Assembly: GCF_000189295.2 (NCBI RefSeq)
Contig: NC_016803.1
Span: 1,980,001-2,012,000, forward strand
Direction of reading: 5' to 3'
From: Pseudodesulfovibrio mercurii
GTDB lineage: Bacteria > Desulfobacterota > Desulfovibrionia > Desulfovibrionales > Desulfovibrionaceae
DNA: 32,000 nucleotides
Positions 23,225 to 31,794 of the stretch are shown piece by piece; the first letter of the stretch is position 1, and every line of letters starts with the position of its first letter. The translations under genes were made by a program, and so were the position numbers. Below the pieces are notes generated by a model that worked only from the letters and a program-made list of their open reading frames with translations, did no database searches and was not told the origin of the DNA.

Positions 23225-23975
23225 CGGGAATCGCCCGGCGGCGGGCCTGGGAAGGAAAGACTCCTTGGATTTGTCCGCGCATCCGCGACCAGACTTTGGG
23301 TGGTTCTCCCTACATTGTATTTCGCCTTTACGGCGACTTCCTTTTTTGCCGGCGCAGAAAAAAGGAAGCAAAAACTGCGCTTCGGTGCTGCCGCCCGGAA
23401 GCGGACCCAAGAGCCCGTAGGCGGCTCCCGCTGGTTTGATGGAAAGTCTGCTGCGCAGACGCAATAAAACCTGCGCTCCGCCGCCGAACACGGACTCTAG
23501 GGTCCGCTTCCGACTACCGCTCTTCGGGTGCGAGGTGTGGGCCAACGCCGCTGGCCGGGTACGAAGAGGACGGGGCCGAAAATGGTGGCCGCGCTTGCGC
23601 GATGCGGCGTTGGGTGAATCGCCCTGCGGGCGCGCGAGAGAATGGCCGCGCATCCGCGTCGGGGCTTTGGATTGTTTTCGTTACATTGTATTTCGCCTTT
23701 ACGGCGACTTCCTTTTTTTGCTGGCGCAGAAAAAAGGAAGCAAAAACTGCGCTGCGGTGCTGCCGCGCGGCGACGGACCCAAGAGCCCGTAGGTGGCTTT
23801 CGCTGGTTGTGAACGAATGTCTGCCGCGCAGACGCGCTCAAACCCGCGCTCTAGGGTCCGCCGCCGATTACCGCTCTTCGGGTGGAAGGAGTGGGCCGGT
23901 GCGGATGGCCGGGTACGAAGAGGCGGGACGCTGTTGGATTGAGCCGCGCTTTCGCGACCGATTGCAAAGAAAATT
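23225..23975. repeat. Tandem duplication of a ~355-387-bp unit (two copies: 23225-23611 and 23612-~23975)
   Basis: TACATTGTATTTCGCCTTTACGGCGACTTCC starts at 23311 and again at 23682 (371-bp offset). GGGTACGAAGAGG starts at 23557 and 23911 (354-bp offset, so indels exist). Homology begins right at the stop of the ModA-like gene. Confidence 0.85.
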
Positions 23976-24087
23976 CTGACGAAGATTGAAGAGCCCCCGC
24001 ATTCCCTCCCCCTTTCATGGCTCTTCCAACGCAAACTCCCGCCCTCGGCCCTTACCCCCGATTCAACGGCGACCACCCCGCGTCCCC

Positions 24088-24134
24088 TGGAGCGCTTCGG
24101 GTGCCCCGCACCCGACAGCGGCTCTCTTTCCCGC
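24088..24134. repeat. Interspersed repeat, family 3, second copy
   Basis: TGGAGCGCTTCGGGTGCCCCGCACCCGACAGCGGCTCTCTTTCCCGC matches 16132-16178. Confidence 0.75.
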
Positions 24135-24552
24135 ACCCCAGCACGCCCCTCCGCGTCCCCCCGCACCTCTTCCTCGCACCGTCACAGCCCTGGAGGGGGC
24201 GCGTAGAAGCCGACCGCGAAGGGGTGGCGGCTCCTGTTCCACCGAAGTTCGGTCTCACCCAAAAGGGGCCATCCCGCTCCGGGAGACGCACTATACTTTT
24301 GCTCAGATGGAGCCGCCCCGAGCGGATCGGATTCTTGCGACCCCTCCCCGGGCGGCCGCTCCCCCCGCAAGGCCTTTTTTTTCGTCTATTTTTTTGGGCC
24401 AGCAAAAAAATGGACCCCGCCGGGAGGGCATGGAGCAATGTGTGGGGCGCAGCTCCACACGGCGGCTCTCGCGCCGAGGGCGCGTTCTTTGGAGCGGGCG
24501 GGCTCCGCCCGCAAAGCGGCTCTCTCAGAAAGGAATGGGCCAGGGCCTCCGG

Positions 24553-25674
24553 CTACTGGACCAGAAGCTTCTGCCCGGGGTGGATGGTCGCGCGCCTGCT
24601 CAGCTTGTTCAGCTTGCACAGCTGATACAGACTCATGTCGTGCTGCCGGGCGATCTCCGTCAAGGAATCCCCCTGCTTGACCACATAGGTCTCGGGCTTG
24701 AGCGTCTCCCGGTACTTGGCCATGAGCGGATGATACCGCTCGGCAAACTCCCCGGACGAGCCCTCGGGCAAAAACAGGGTGTGCTGGCCGGGCGGGATGA
24801 TCTCGCCCAGAAACTGGGGGTTCAGATCGCGGATTGTCTTGTAATAGGTGCCCGCGGCCTTGGCCACCAGGGTCAGGGGCGTGGGGTACTTGGCGCGCAG
24901 CTTGACCCGGTCGAAACGGCCGGGCTTGTAGTAGTCATCGGGGTGCAGGTCAAAGCCGTAGCGCGCCGGGTCGGTCAGGATGAGCTTGGCCGCGATGGCC
25001 CGGAGCACGTAGCGCTGGGTCTCCTCGGGCAGGTGCAGGTGGTAGTAGTCCTTGACCTCCTGCATCTCGATCTGCTTCTCCAACCCCTGCTCGCCCATGT
25101 TGTAGCCCGCGCAGGCCAGGGTCCAGGAGCCGAACCGGTCGTGCAGGTCCTTGAGATAGGACACGGCCGCCCTGGTGGCGAAGTAGAAGTTGCGCCGCTC
25201 GTCGATGAAGCGGTCCACGGTCAGGTCGTAGTTGCCCGCCGTGGAGGCGATGAACTGCCAGATGCCGCGCGCGCCCTGGCTGGAACCAGCCTTGGGCTTG
25301 AGCGCGGATTCGATGACCGCAATGTACTTGAGGTCGTCGGGCATGCGCGCGCCCCGGAGCACGGTCTCGATGTGCGGGAAGTAGCGGCCCGTGCGCTTGA
25401 GCCAGAGGATGACCTGGGCGCGGTCCCAGAGCATGAGCAGGAGTTCCTTTTCCAACCGCTCGCGCACCTCGGGCAGGTGCAGGGGCACGAACTCGCCGCA
25501 GAAGTTGAGCGGCCCCTTGATGCGGATGGCCGACTCCAGGGACGGGAAGGCGGCGGTCTGCATGGGCGCGAGCATCTCGATGTCCCCGGCGCGTGACGGC
25601 GCGGGGACGAGCAGCGCGAAGCAGAAGAGGATCAGTCCCGCGACAAGCGGGAAAGCGGGCTGCCGCCTGGGCAT
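24553..25674 (-). CDS. Lytic transglycosylase (SLT domain) with C-terminal LysM domain (MltD-like)
   Basis: Signal peptide (FPLVAGLILFCFALLVPAPSRA). SLT core: AVIESALKP.A.S..GARGIWQF...TA and AGYN.G. C-terminal LysM: YVVKQGDSLTEIARQHDMSLYQLCKLNKL...IHPGQKLLV. Confidence 0.85.
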   Translation of the reverse strand: MPRRQPAFPLVAGLILFCFALLVPAPSRAGDIEMLAPMQTAAFPSLESAIRIKGPLNFCGEFVPLHLPEVRERLEKELLLMLWDRAQVILWLKRTGRYFPHIETVLRGARMPDDLKYIAVIESALKPKAGSSQGARGIWQFIASTAGNYDLTVDRFIDERRNFYFATRAAVSYLKDLHDRFGSWTLACAGYNMGEQGLEKQIEMQEVKDYYHLHLPEETQRYVLRAIAAKLILTDPARYGFDLHPDDYYKPGRFDRVKLRAKYPTPLTLVAKAAGTYYKTIRDLNPQFLGEIIPPGQHTLFLPEGSSGEFAERYHPLMAKYRETLKPETYVVKQGDSLTEIARQHDMSLYQLCKLNKLSRRATIHPGQKLLVQ

Positions 25675-25720
25675 GTATGCTCCCGTCGAGGCCGGGCGGG
25701 GGAGGTCCCCCGTCGGCCGA

Positions 25721-26911
25721 TTACAGTTTAGATTTCAACACGATGTCCGTGATGGGGCCGCGCGAGCGGTCGCCCTTGAGGACCATGTGCGCATAGTTCT
25801 TGTACCCCTTGAGCTTGCGGACTGTCCAGTTCAGGCCGTTGTTGGACTCGTTGAGGTACGGGTTGTCCACCTGCCGGGTGTCGCCCAGGCAGATGCACTT
25901 GACCCCTTCGCCCATGCGGGTCAGCAGGGCGCGGGTCTCGCCGCGCGACAGGTTCTGCATCTCGTCCACGATGACCACCGCGTTCTCGATGTTCATGCCG
26001 CGTAGGAAGGCCACGGGCTGGACCTCGAACTTCTTGGGGTTGAACTTGAAGGAGTCGCTCTGGGGGTCGAGCCAGATGCGGTTGCACGGCCGGATGTCGT
26101 GCAGCTTGATGAGCAGGTCCTGGATGTACTTGATGTATGGCAGCATCTTCTCCTCGATGTCGCCGGGCAGGTAGCCCATCTTGGCCCCGATCTCCACCAC
26201 GGGCTTGACCAGGTAGATCTTGCGGTAGGGGTTGTCCTTGCGCTCGAGCATCAGGTACAGGGCCGCGGCCAGGGACAGGAAGGTCTTGCCGTAGCCCGCC
26301 TCGGACTGGATGGAGACCAGGTCGATGCCGTCGCAGAGCATCAGCTCCAGGGCCAGGTTCTGGTACACGCTGCGCGGCCGCACCCCCCATATCTCGTGGG
26401 TGTAGGCGATCTCCTTGGGGCCCTCCGGCCCGTAAAAGATGGGCATGCCGTTTTCCCACCGGAAACAGTTGCGCACGGGCTCCTCGCCCTCCTCCACGAA
26501 CCCGGTGTAGCGCTGGGACTCGGACCGGAACGGGTCGGAATCGCGGTATTCCTCGCTCGGAATGCCGTAGCACTTGGCCTTGATCTGAAGGATGCGGTCG
26601 TTGGTGATCAGCGTCGCCTCTTCCGGCCCCACGTGGAGGATTTCCTTGAGAATCCGGTCGTCCATGATCGTGTCCGTGAGGGTCATGGCGAAGTCAGGGG
26701 GAAAGATGTTGACGGCGTCGTCTTCGAGGATGGCCCGCACCGCCTGGGAGACGATGTGGCCGATGCGCGGGTCTTTTTTCAGGCCGTCCAGCTCATCGAG
26801 GACGGTGTAGGGAATGTATATCTGGTTTTCCACCCCGTTGCGCAGGGCGATGATGCATTTGGGGTTTTCAATGAGGACGTTGGTGTCGAGGACAAAGTGC
26901 TTCTGGGCCAT
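25721..26911 (-). CDS. PIN-domain plus PhoH-like ATPase (PhoH2/YlaK type)
   Basis: N-terminal PIN segment (FVLDTNVLIENP...IPYTVLDELD). The C-terminal PhoH domain has Walker A (SEAGYGKT), Walker B (VIVDEMQN) and GD..Q.D. Confidence 0.85.
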   Translation of the reverse strand: MAQKHFVLDTNVLIENPKCIIALRNGVENQIYIPYTVLDELDGLKKDPRIGHIVSQAVRAILEDDAVNIFPPDFAMTLTDTIMDDRILKEILHVGPEEATLITNDRILQIKAKCYGIPSEEYRDSDPFRSESQRYTGFVEEGEEPVRNCFRWENGMPIFYGPEGPKEIAYTHEIWGVRPRSVYQNLALELMLCDGIDLVSIQSEAGYGKTFLSLAAALYLMLERKDNPYRKIYLVKPVVEIGAKMGYLPGDIEEKMLPYIKYIQDLLIKLHDIRPCNRIWLDPQSDSFKFNPKKFEVQPVAFLRGMNIENAVVIVDEMQNLSRGETRALLTRMGEGVKCICLGDTRQVDNPYLNESNNGLNWTVRKLKGYKNYAHMVLKGDRSRGPITDIVLKSKL

Positions 26912-27265
26912 AATCCCCCGTCCGGCGGTTTGAGTTGATTCCTGTGCATCTCACGACGTGGCTCCCGTGGCCGGGAATCAGCGAATCAATTTCATTGTGC
27001 GCCTCCGCTACAGGTTCATGACCATTAGGCAAACCATGACCAGTTTTCACGAGAAAGTCTAGATACAACATGCCCGACCCGCCGGGTTCCGGTCATGGCG
27101 AACGGGTGACGATCCGGTGGCGCGGCCCCCGGTCGCGGCCCATGCGAAACCGGGCGGGAACCCTTGCGGCGCGGGGCTTTGCGGCCGGCAACGCGGTCGG
27201 CGCCGAACCTATATCCATTCAGTATTACAGGATAATATTATTCCAGGAAATCCGACCATCAACCC

Positions 27266-27292
27266 TAAGCATTCGTGTTCCGCGTCCGATAA
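27266..27292 (+). promoter_or_regulatory. Sigma-28 (FliA) promoter upstream of flgM
   Basis: TAAG (27266-27269), then a 15-nt spacer, then TCCGATAA (27285-27292), against the consensus TAAA-N15-GCCGATAA. flgM is a classical FliA target. Confidence 0.55.
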
Positions 27293-27468
27293 GAGTAGCA
27301 ACCAAGCGCCCCGGACCCGGTCCGGGAGTCGGGAAACGCATCCGCACGGTTGCGGTGGAACAAGGTCGCAGGGACGCGATCAGGGCTGTCGCAGCGGATG
27401 AGGGGAGACCTTGGGGAGGGTGCGACGCGCGCCCTTCCCATTGACTTCAATAACCCAGGGAGGGGTTA

Positions 27469-27693
27469 ATGAAGGGGCATGAAGACAGTCGCGGACAGGC
27501 CGCATCCCACCTCGAGACCGAGCGCGTGTTCGACGGCTTCGACGAGGTGGAGACCGGCCGCCACAGGGACACCGCCGAGGAGCGGGCGCGCAAGATCGCC
27601 CGGCTCAAGGAGGCCGTCAACTCCGGCCGGTACGAGCCCGACGTCATGGACATCGCCCGGCTGCTGACCTCGGCCATGGACCCGACGCTCTAG
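27469..27693 (+). CDS. flgM: Anti-sigma-28 factor FlgM
   Basis: 74 aa with SD GGGAGGGG. The C-terminal signature KIARLKEAVNSGRYEPDVMDIARLL matches FlgM (K...IK.AI..G.Y.VD...IA..L). Confidence 0.8.
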   Translation: MKGHEDSRGQAASHLETERVFDGFDEVETGRHRDTAEERARKIARLKEAVNSGRYEPDVMDIARLLTSAMDPTL

Positions 27694-27712
27694 GCCACGA
27701 CACCCCGGCACG

Positions 27713-27748
27713 CAGGGCCGGAGCGGGGAACGTCCCGCTCCGGCCCTG
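27713..27748 (+). terminator. Strong hairpin after flgM (probable terminator; no adjacent U-run)
   Basis: AGGGCCGGAGCGGG (27714-27727) pairs perfectly with CCCGCTCCGGCCCT (27734-27747), 14 bp. It is followed by GTTGCGTCT rather than a T-tract. Confidence 0.45.
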
Positions 27749-27899
27749 TTGCGTCTGGGGGGCGCATTGTTTTTGGAAGAGGGATCAGGTGCGGCGTGGC
27801 TCGTTAATTTTCCGCCATGACTCCGCGAGGTTGACCCGGCCATGAATATCTGGTGAGTTGCGGAAGACCACGAAAAACCGCCCCACCGGAGGAACGCCC

Positions 27900-29249
27900 A
27901 TGGGCTCCGCACCCCGCATGGATTGGAACAGGCTGCTCGACGCCACGCGTCCGAAAATCGACAAACCGGACAAAAAAAACAAACCGAGCAAGGACGTCCG
28001 CAGCCCATTCCAGAGAGATATCGACCGCATCACCTTCAGCGATGCCTTTCGCCGTTTGTCCCGCAAGACGCAGGTCCACCCACTCAATGAAAATGATCAC
28101 ATCCATTCCCGACTGACCCACAGCCTGGAAGTGGCTTCCGTGGGCCGGAGCCTGGGGGTGCACATCGGCAACTTCCTCCAGGATATCGGCGAACTCCCAG
28201 AGGGAATGCAGCCGGAACGTGTCGGCGAGATCGTCCAGGCGGCCTGCATGGCCCACGATATCGGCAACCCGCCCTTCGGGCACAGCGGCGAATCCGCCAT
28301 CAAGGACTGGTTTCAAGGCCACCCCGGTTCCCTCACACCGCTGCCGGTCAACTGCCGCTCGGACTTCACCAAATTCGACGGAAACGCCATGGCCATCCGC
28401 ATCCTGCTCAATACGGGGTTCTATCGCGAGGGGTTCAACCCTACCAATGCGGTCATTGGAGCGTCTCTGAAATATCCCTGGCCCTCCTCCTACGATGTGG
28501 GCAAAGACAAATTCAGTTTTTTCCAGACGGAGGCAAAGCTCGTCCAGGCGGCAGCCAGAAAACTCGGCTTGATCGCTTTTGGCGACCGCTTCGCGCGCCA
28601 CCCGCTTGCCTTTCTGGCCGAGGCCGCTGACGACATCTGCTACCGCACCATCGACATGGAAGATGCCACGGAATTGGGTATCGTTTCCGAAGACTTCATG
28701 CTCAAGCAGTTTGCGGCCGCTCTGGAATGGTCCCCCCGCAAAGCCGAATACAAAAAGTACGCCCGACGCCATTACAGACAGCGCAACAGCAGCATTCGGA
28801 CCAAGCTCATCGGCTTGGCCACGGAGGAAGTCGTCGAGTTGTTCACCGCCAACCATGATGCGATCATGACGGGCGCGCTGGACCCGAAGGCGAGCCTGAT
28901 GGAACTCTCCCAGGGCGTCTGCCAGACCATTCATTCCGTCTACAAGGAGCTTTCCGACGACCTCTTCTATTCCAGGCGGAAGGCCATCCTGGAAATCGGG
29001 GCGGGCAACGCCATCAGCGTGCTGTTGGACCAGATCATGGCCGAGGCAAGCCGCGTCTGCACCGACGAGGAATCCACCAACAAGGAAAAAATCATACGGC
29101 TGCTCGGCAGGGACAAAGTGGAAATCATCAAGAAAGACAAGACGTCCTGCCACTACAAGATCATCATGGCCATCGTGGACTACATCTCCGGCATGACCGA
29201 CAATTACGCAACGGACCTGTGCCGCAAGTTTCTCGGCCTGGGGTACTAG
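27900..29249 (+). CDS. dGTP triphosphohydrolase-family HD-domain protein (Dgt-like)
   Basis: Track ORF (TTG 27858) trimmed to ATG 27900, with GGAGGA 6 nt upstream. Motifs: RSPFQRDIDRITFSDAFRRLSRKTQV, the HD motif HSRLTHSLEV.SVGR, HDIGNPPFGH.GE, and the C-terminal DYISGMTD.YA. These are collinear with the Dgt family. Confidence 0.85.
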   Translation: MGSAPRMDWNRLLDATRPKIDKPDKKNKPSKDVRSPFQRDIDRITFSDAFRRLSRKTQVHPLNENDHIHSRLTHSLEVASVGRSLGVHIGNFLQDIGELPEGMQPERVGEIVQAACMAHDIGNPPFGHSGESAIKDWFQGHPGSLTPLPVNCRSDFTKFDGNAMAIRILLNTGFYREGFNPTNAVIGASLKYPWPSSYDVGKDKFSFFQTEAKLVQAAARKLGLIAFGDRFARHPLAFLAEAADDICYRTIDMEDATELGIVSEDFMLKQFAAALEWSPRKAEYKKYARRHYRQRNSSIRTKLIGLATEEVVELFTANHDAIMTGALDPKASLMELSQGVCQTIHSVYKELSDDLFYSRRKAILEIGAGNAISVLLDQIMAEASRVCTDEESTNKEKIIRLLGRDKVEIIKKDKTSCHYKIIMAIVDYISGMTDNYATDLCRKFLGLGY

Positions 29250-29355
29250 GACGCCGCGCTGGACGAGAAAACGGCAGGCCCCGACGGCGCGCCGGGACCG
29301 ACCGTTTCCCGAGAGGAGACCCTTTCCCGTGACGGATGCGGACAGGGAATCTCCA

Positions 29356-29718
29356 TCAGCCCCCGAACCAGCCGGGAGAGATGACCTCAAGCGCCTTGGT
29401 GTAATGGACTCTCAGGTCCGCAAGCTTGGAACCGACGATCTTTTCCTGGCTGCCCAGGCTCGTTGGGCAGACGGCCTGCATGTCCGCGGCGAGGGCTTCG
29501 ATTTCCCTGACCAGCGACTTGATGAGCCGGATTTCGTCGGCGAGGTCCTCGCTCTTGTCCGAGGCGAGCACGTCGTACAGCCGCGCCTTCCATGCGTTCA
29601 CTTCCATTTCAAGGCCCTTGCAATAGTGGGCGACCGCCTCGGCCTTTCCGGCCTCGGTGGGACACCCGTCTATTCCCATGCAACTCGGGCAGGGTCCGGG
29701 GTAATCCATGTTGGGCAT
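29356..29718 (-). CDS. Hypothetical Cys-rich protein (120 aa)
   Basis: Track ORF with SD GGAGAA 6 nt upstream. The N-terminus has CPSCMGIDGC plus a later Cys; the rest is predicted helical. I recognise no family. Confidence 0.55.
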   Translation of the reverse strand: MPNMDYPGPCPSCMGIDGCPTEAGKAEAVAHYCKGLEMEVNAWKARLYDVLASDKSEDLADEIRLIKSLVREIEALAADMQAVCPTSLGSQEKIVGSKLADLRVHYTKALEVISPGWFGG

Positions 29719-29756
29719 GTCGTTTCTCCATAGGTAAGGGTTTAACTATTACCGGA

Positions 29757-29765
29757 ATTATAGCA
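29757..29765 (-). promoter_or_regulatory. Extended -10 promoter element (TGcTATAAT) for the 120-aa gene
   Basis: The minus strand reads ATGCTATAATTCC, about 40 nt upstream of the ATG at 29718. No good -35 is present, which is acceptable for extended -10 promoters. Confidence 0.35.
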
Positions 29766-29816
29766 TGCCGGGATCGACAGGGATGTTATAATCTCGCTCC
29801 CGACTTCCCTGCGCGC

Positions 29817-29861
29817 AAAAAAAAACGGACTCGGGGTCGCCCGAATCCGTTTTTGCTTTTT
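29817..29861. terminator. Bidirectional rho-independent terminator (serves htpG)
   Basis: A9 run, then ACGGACTCGGG pairing with CCCGAATCCGT (one mismatch), then TTTTTGCTTTTT. It lies 18 nt from the htpG stop. Confidence 0.75.
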
Positions 29862-29878
29862 CGTATGGTTCGCCGGAG

Positions 29879-31765
29879 CTACTTGGTGGCCACGTACCAG
29901 CCGCTCGACTTGGTCAGCAGGTCCTGGACCCGGCCCACCAGGGCGTGGGGGTCGGTCAGGTAGCCCTCAAGCAGCAGGGCCGACTCGTAGAGCTGGTTGG
30001 CGGCCTGGTCGATGAACGGGTCGTTCTCGTCCTTCTCCAAGATGGTCAGCATGTTGCGGATGAGCGGGTGGTCCGGGTTGATCTCCAGGACCTTCTGGGG
30101 GATGGACGTGTCCTTGCTCATGACGCGCATGATCTTGTCCATGGACGAGGTCACGTTGCCGTCCGGGTTGGCCAGGCAGACCGGGGACTCGGACAGCCGC
30201 GTGGAGGCCTTGACCTCGGTCACGGCGTCGCCGAGCACGTCCTTCATGCGCTTGAGCAGGGTGTCCAGCTCGGTCTTCTGCTCGTCGGACAGGGCCTCGG
30301 GCCGCTCGGCCTTTTCCACGTCCTCGAACTTGTCCAGCTTGGCCATGTCCGCGTGCTCGGCCGAGACCAGGGTGCAGCCGTCGAACTCGCGCATGGCGTC
30401 CATGACGAACTCGTCGATGGGCTCATAGAGGTACAGGACCTCGACGTGCTTGCGCCGGAAGACCTCCAGGTGCGGGGAGAGGCTGAGCGCCTGGCGGCTC
30501 GGGCCGTAGGCGTAGTAGATCTCCTTCTGCCCCTCCTTGGCCCGCGTGATGTAGTCCGCGAACGAGGTCAGCGCCTTGTCGTCGTCCAGGGCCGAGGAGT
30601 TGAAGCGCACCAGCCCGGCGAACTTGTCCTTGTTCAGGAAGTCCATGTAGCCCGCCTTGAACAGCTCGCCGTGGGCGCGCCAGAACTCGGCGTAGCGGTC
30701 CGCGTCGTCCTTGGCCATCTTGGTCAGGTGGTCGAGCACCTGCTTGACCAGGGTGGAGCTGATCTTGCGCATGAGCAGGTTGTCCTGCAGGGTCTCGCGC
30801 GAGATGTTCAGGGGCAGGTCCTCGGTGTCGACCACGCCCTTGACGAAGCCCAGGTACTCGGGGAGCAGGTCCTTGTTCTGCTTCTCGATGAGCACCCGGC
30901 GCACGTACAGGTCCAGGCCCCGGTTCTCGCGGCCCAGGCCGAACGGATCGTCGCCGTGCTTGGGGATGAACATGAGCGCGTTGAACTGGACCGGCGCGTC
31001 CACCGAGGTGTGCAGGGTGTCGAAGGGCTCGTCCGGGTCGAAGGTCAGGAACTGGTAGAACTCGGCGTACTGCTCGGGCTTGATCTGGAACTTGGGCTCG
31101 CGCCACAGGGCCTGGATGGTGTTGACCCGCTCGTCGCCCACGAAGATGGGGAAATTGATGAAGTTGGAGTGCTTCTTGACCACCTGCTTGATGTGCGCCA
31201 GGTTGGTGAACTGGGAGGCCACGTCCTCCTTCAGGTGGACCGTGATCTCGGTGCCGTGCGGACGGTCCTCGTCCAGCTCCTGCAACTTGTAGTCGGTGCG
31301 GCCGTCCGAGGTCCAGGTGATGGCCTTGGCGGCGGCGTCCATGGACTTGGTGGTCACATCCACCTCGTCGGCGACCATGTACACGGAATAGAAGCCCACG
31401 CCGAACCGACCGATGAGCGAATCCAGCGACTCCTTGCCCTCCTCGGCAAGCCGGGCCAGCTCGGCCGTGCCCGAGTGGGCGATGGTGCCGATGTTGCGCA
31501 TGAGCTCGTCGCGGGTCATGCCGATGCCGGTGTCGGTCACGGTCAGGGTCTTGGCCTCGGCGTCCGCCGTGATGCGGATCTCCGGGGCCAGCTCGTCGGC
31601 CGCGCCCTCGGCCTGGGTCTTGAACCGGGCCTTTTCCAGGGCGTCGGACGCGTTGGAGATCAGCTCGCGAAGGAATATCTCCTTGTTGGTGTACAGCGAA
31701 TGTACCAGGATATCGAGAAGTTGGCTGACTTCCGCCTTGAATTTATGGGTGGTTTTCTTGCCCAT
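29879..31765 (-). CDS. htpG: Molecular chaperone HtpG (Hsp90)
   Basis: 628 aa. FKAEVSQLLDILVHSLYTNKEIFLRELISNASDALEK, GTIAHSGT and GRFGVGFYS are the canonical GHKL/Hsp90 motifs. SD GGAGG lies 8 nt upstream. Confidence 0.95.
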   Translation of the reverse strand: MGKKTTHKFKAEVSQLLDILVHSLYTNKEIFLRELISNASDALEKARFKTQAEGAADELAPEIRITADAEAKTLTVTDTGIGMTRDELMRNIGTIAHSGTAELARLAEEGKESLDSLIGRFGVGFYSVYMVADEVDVTTKSMDAAAKAITWTSDGRTDYKLQELDEDRPHGTEITVHLKEDVASQFTNLAHIKQVVKKHSNFINFPIFVGDERVNTIQALWREPKFQIKPEQYAEFYQFLTFDPDEPFDTLHTSVDAPVQFNALMFIPKHGDDPFGLGRENRGLDLYVRRVLIEKQNKDLLPEYLGFVKGVVDTEDLPLNISRETLQDNLLMRKISSTLVKQVLDHLTKMAKDDADRYAEFWRAHGELFKAGYMDFLNKDKFAGLVRFNSSALDDDKALTSFADYITRAKEGQKEIYYAYGPSRQALSLSPHLEVFRRKHVEVLYLYEPIDEFVMDAMREFDGCTLVSAEHADMAKLDKFEDVEKAERPEALSDEQKTELDTLLKRMKDVLGDAVTEVKASTRLSESPVCLANPDGNVTSSMDKIMRVMSKDTSIPQKVLEINPDHPLIRNMLTILEKDENDPFIDQAANQLYESALLLEGYLTDPHALVGRVQDLLTKSSGWYVATK

Positions 31766-31794
31766 GAAAAATACCTCCGTAGGAATGACGTGCG

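Noticed and set aside
23225-23975. Possible CRISPR array
   Set aside because: There are only two long (~370 bp) directly adjacent units with no short repeat-spacer periodicity. No cas genes are present in the window.
22736-24166. Several 80-305-aa ORFs on both strands inside the 23.2-24.5 kb region
   Set aside because: They translate repeat modules; the same peptide fragments such as FLLAQKKGSKNCAA recur because the DNA repeats. They are Arg-rich, lack SDs and have no domain resemblance.
23986-25596. 536-aa plus-strand ORF
   Set aside because: It starts in the repeat mosaic and runs antisense through the SLT/LysM gene. It has no motifs, and the minus-strand product is clearly real.
26868-27450. 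Short ORFs (61-124 aa) in the phoH2-flgM intergenic region
   Set aside because: They have no SDs, overlap each other in different frames, have Arg/Gly-rich composition, and show no similarity to anything I recognise.
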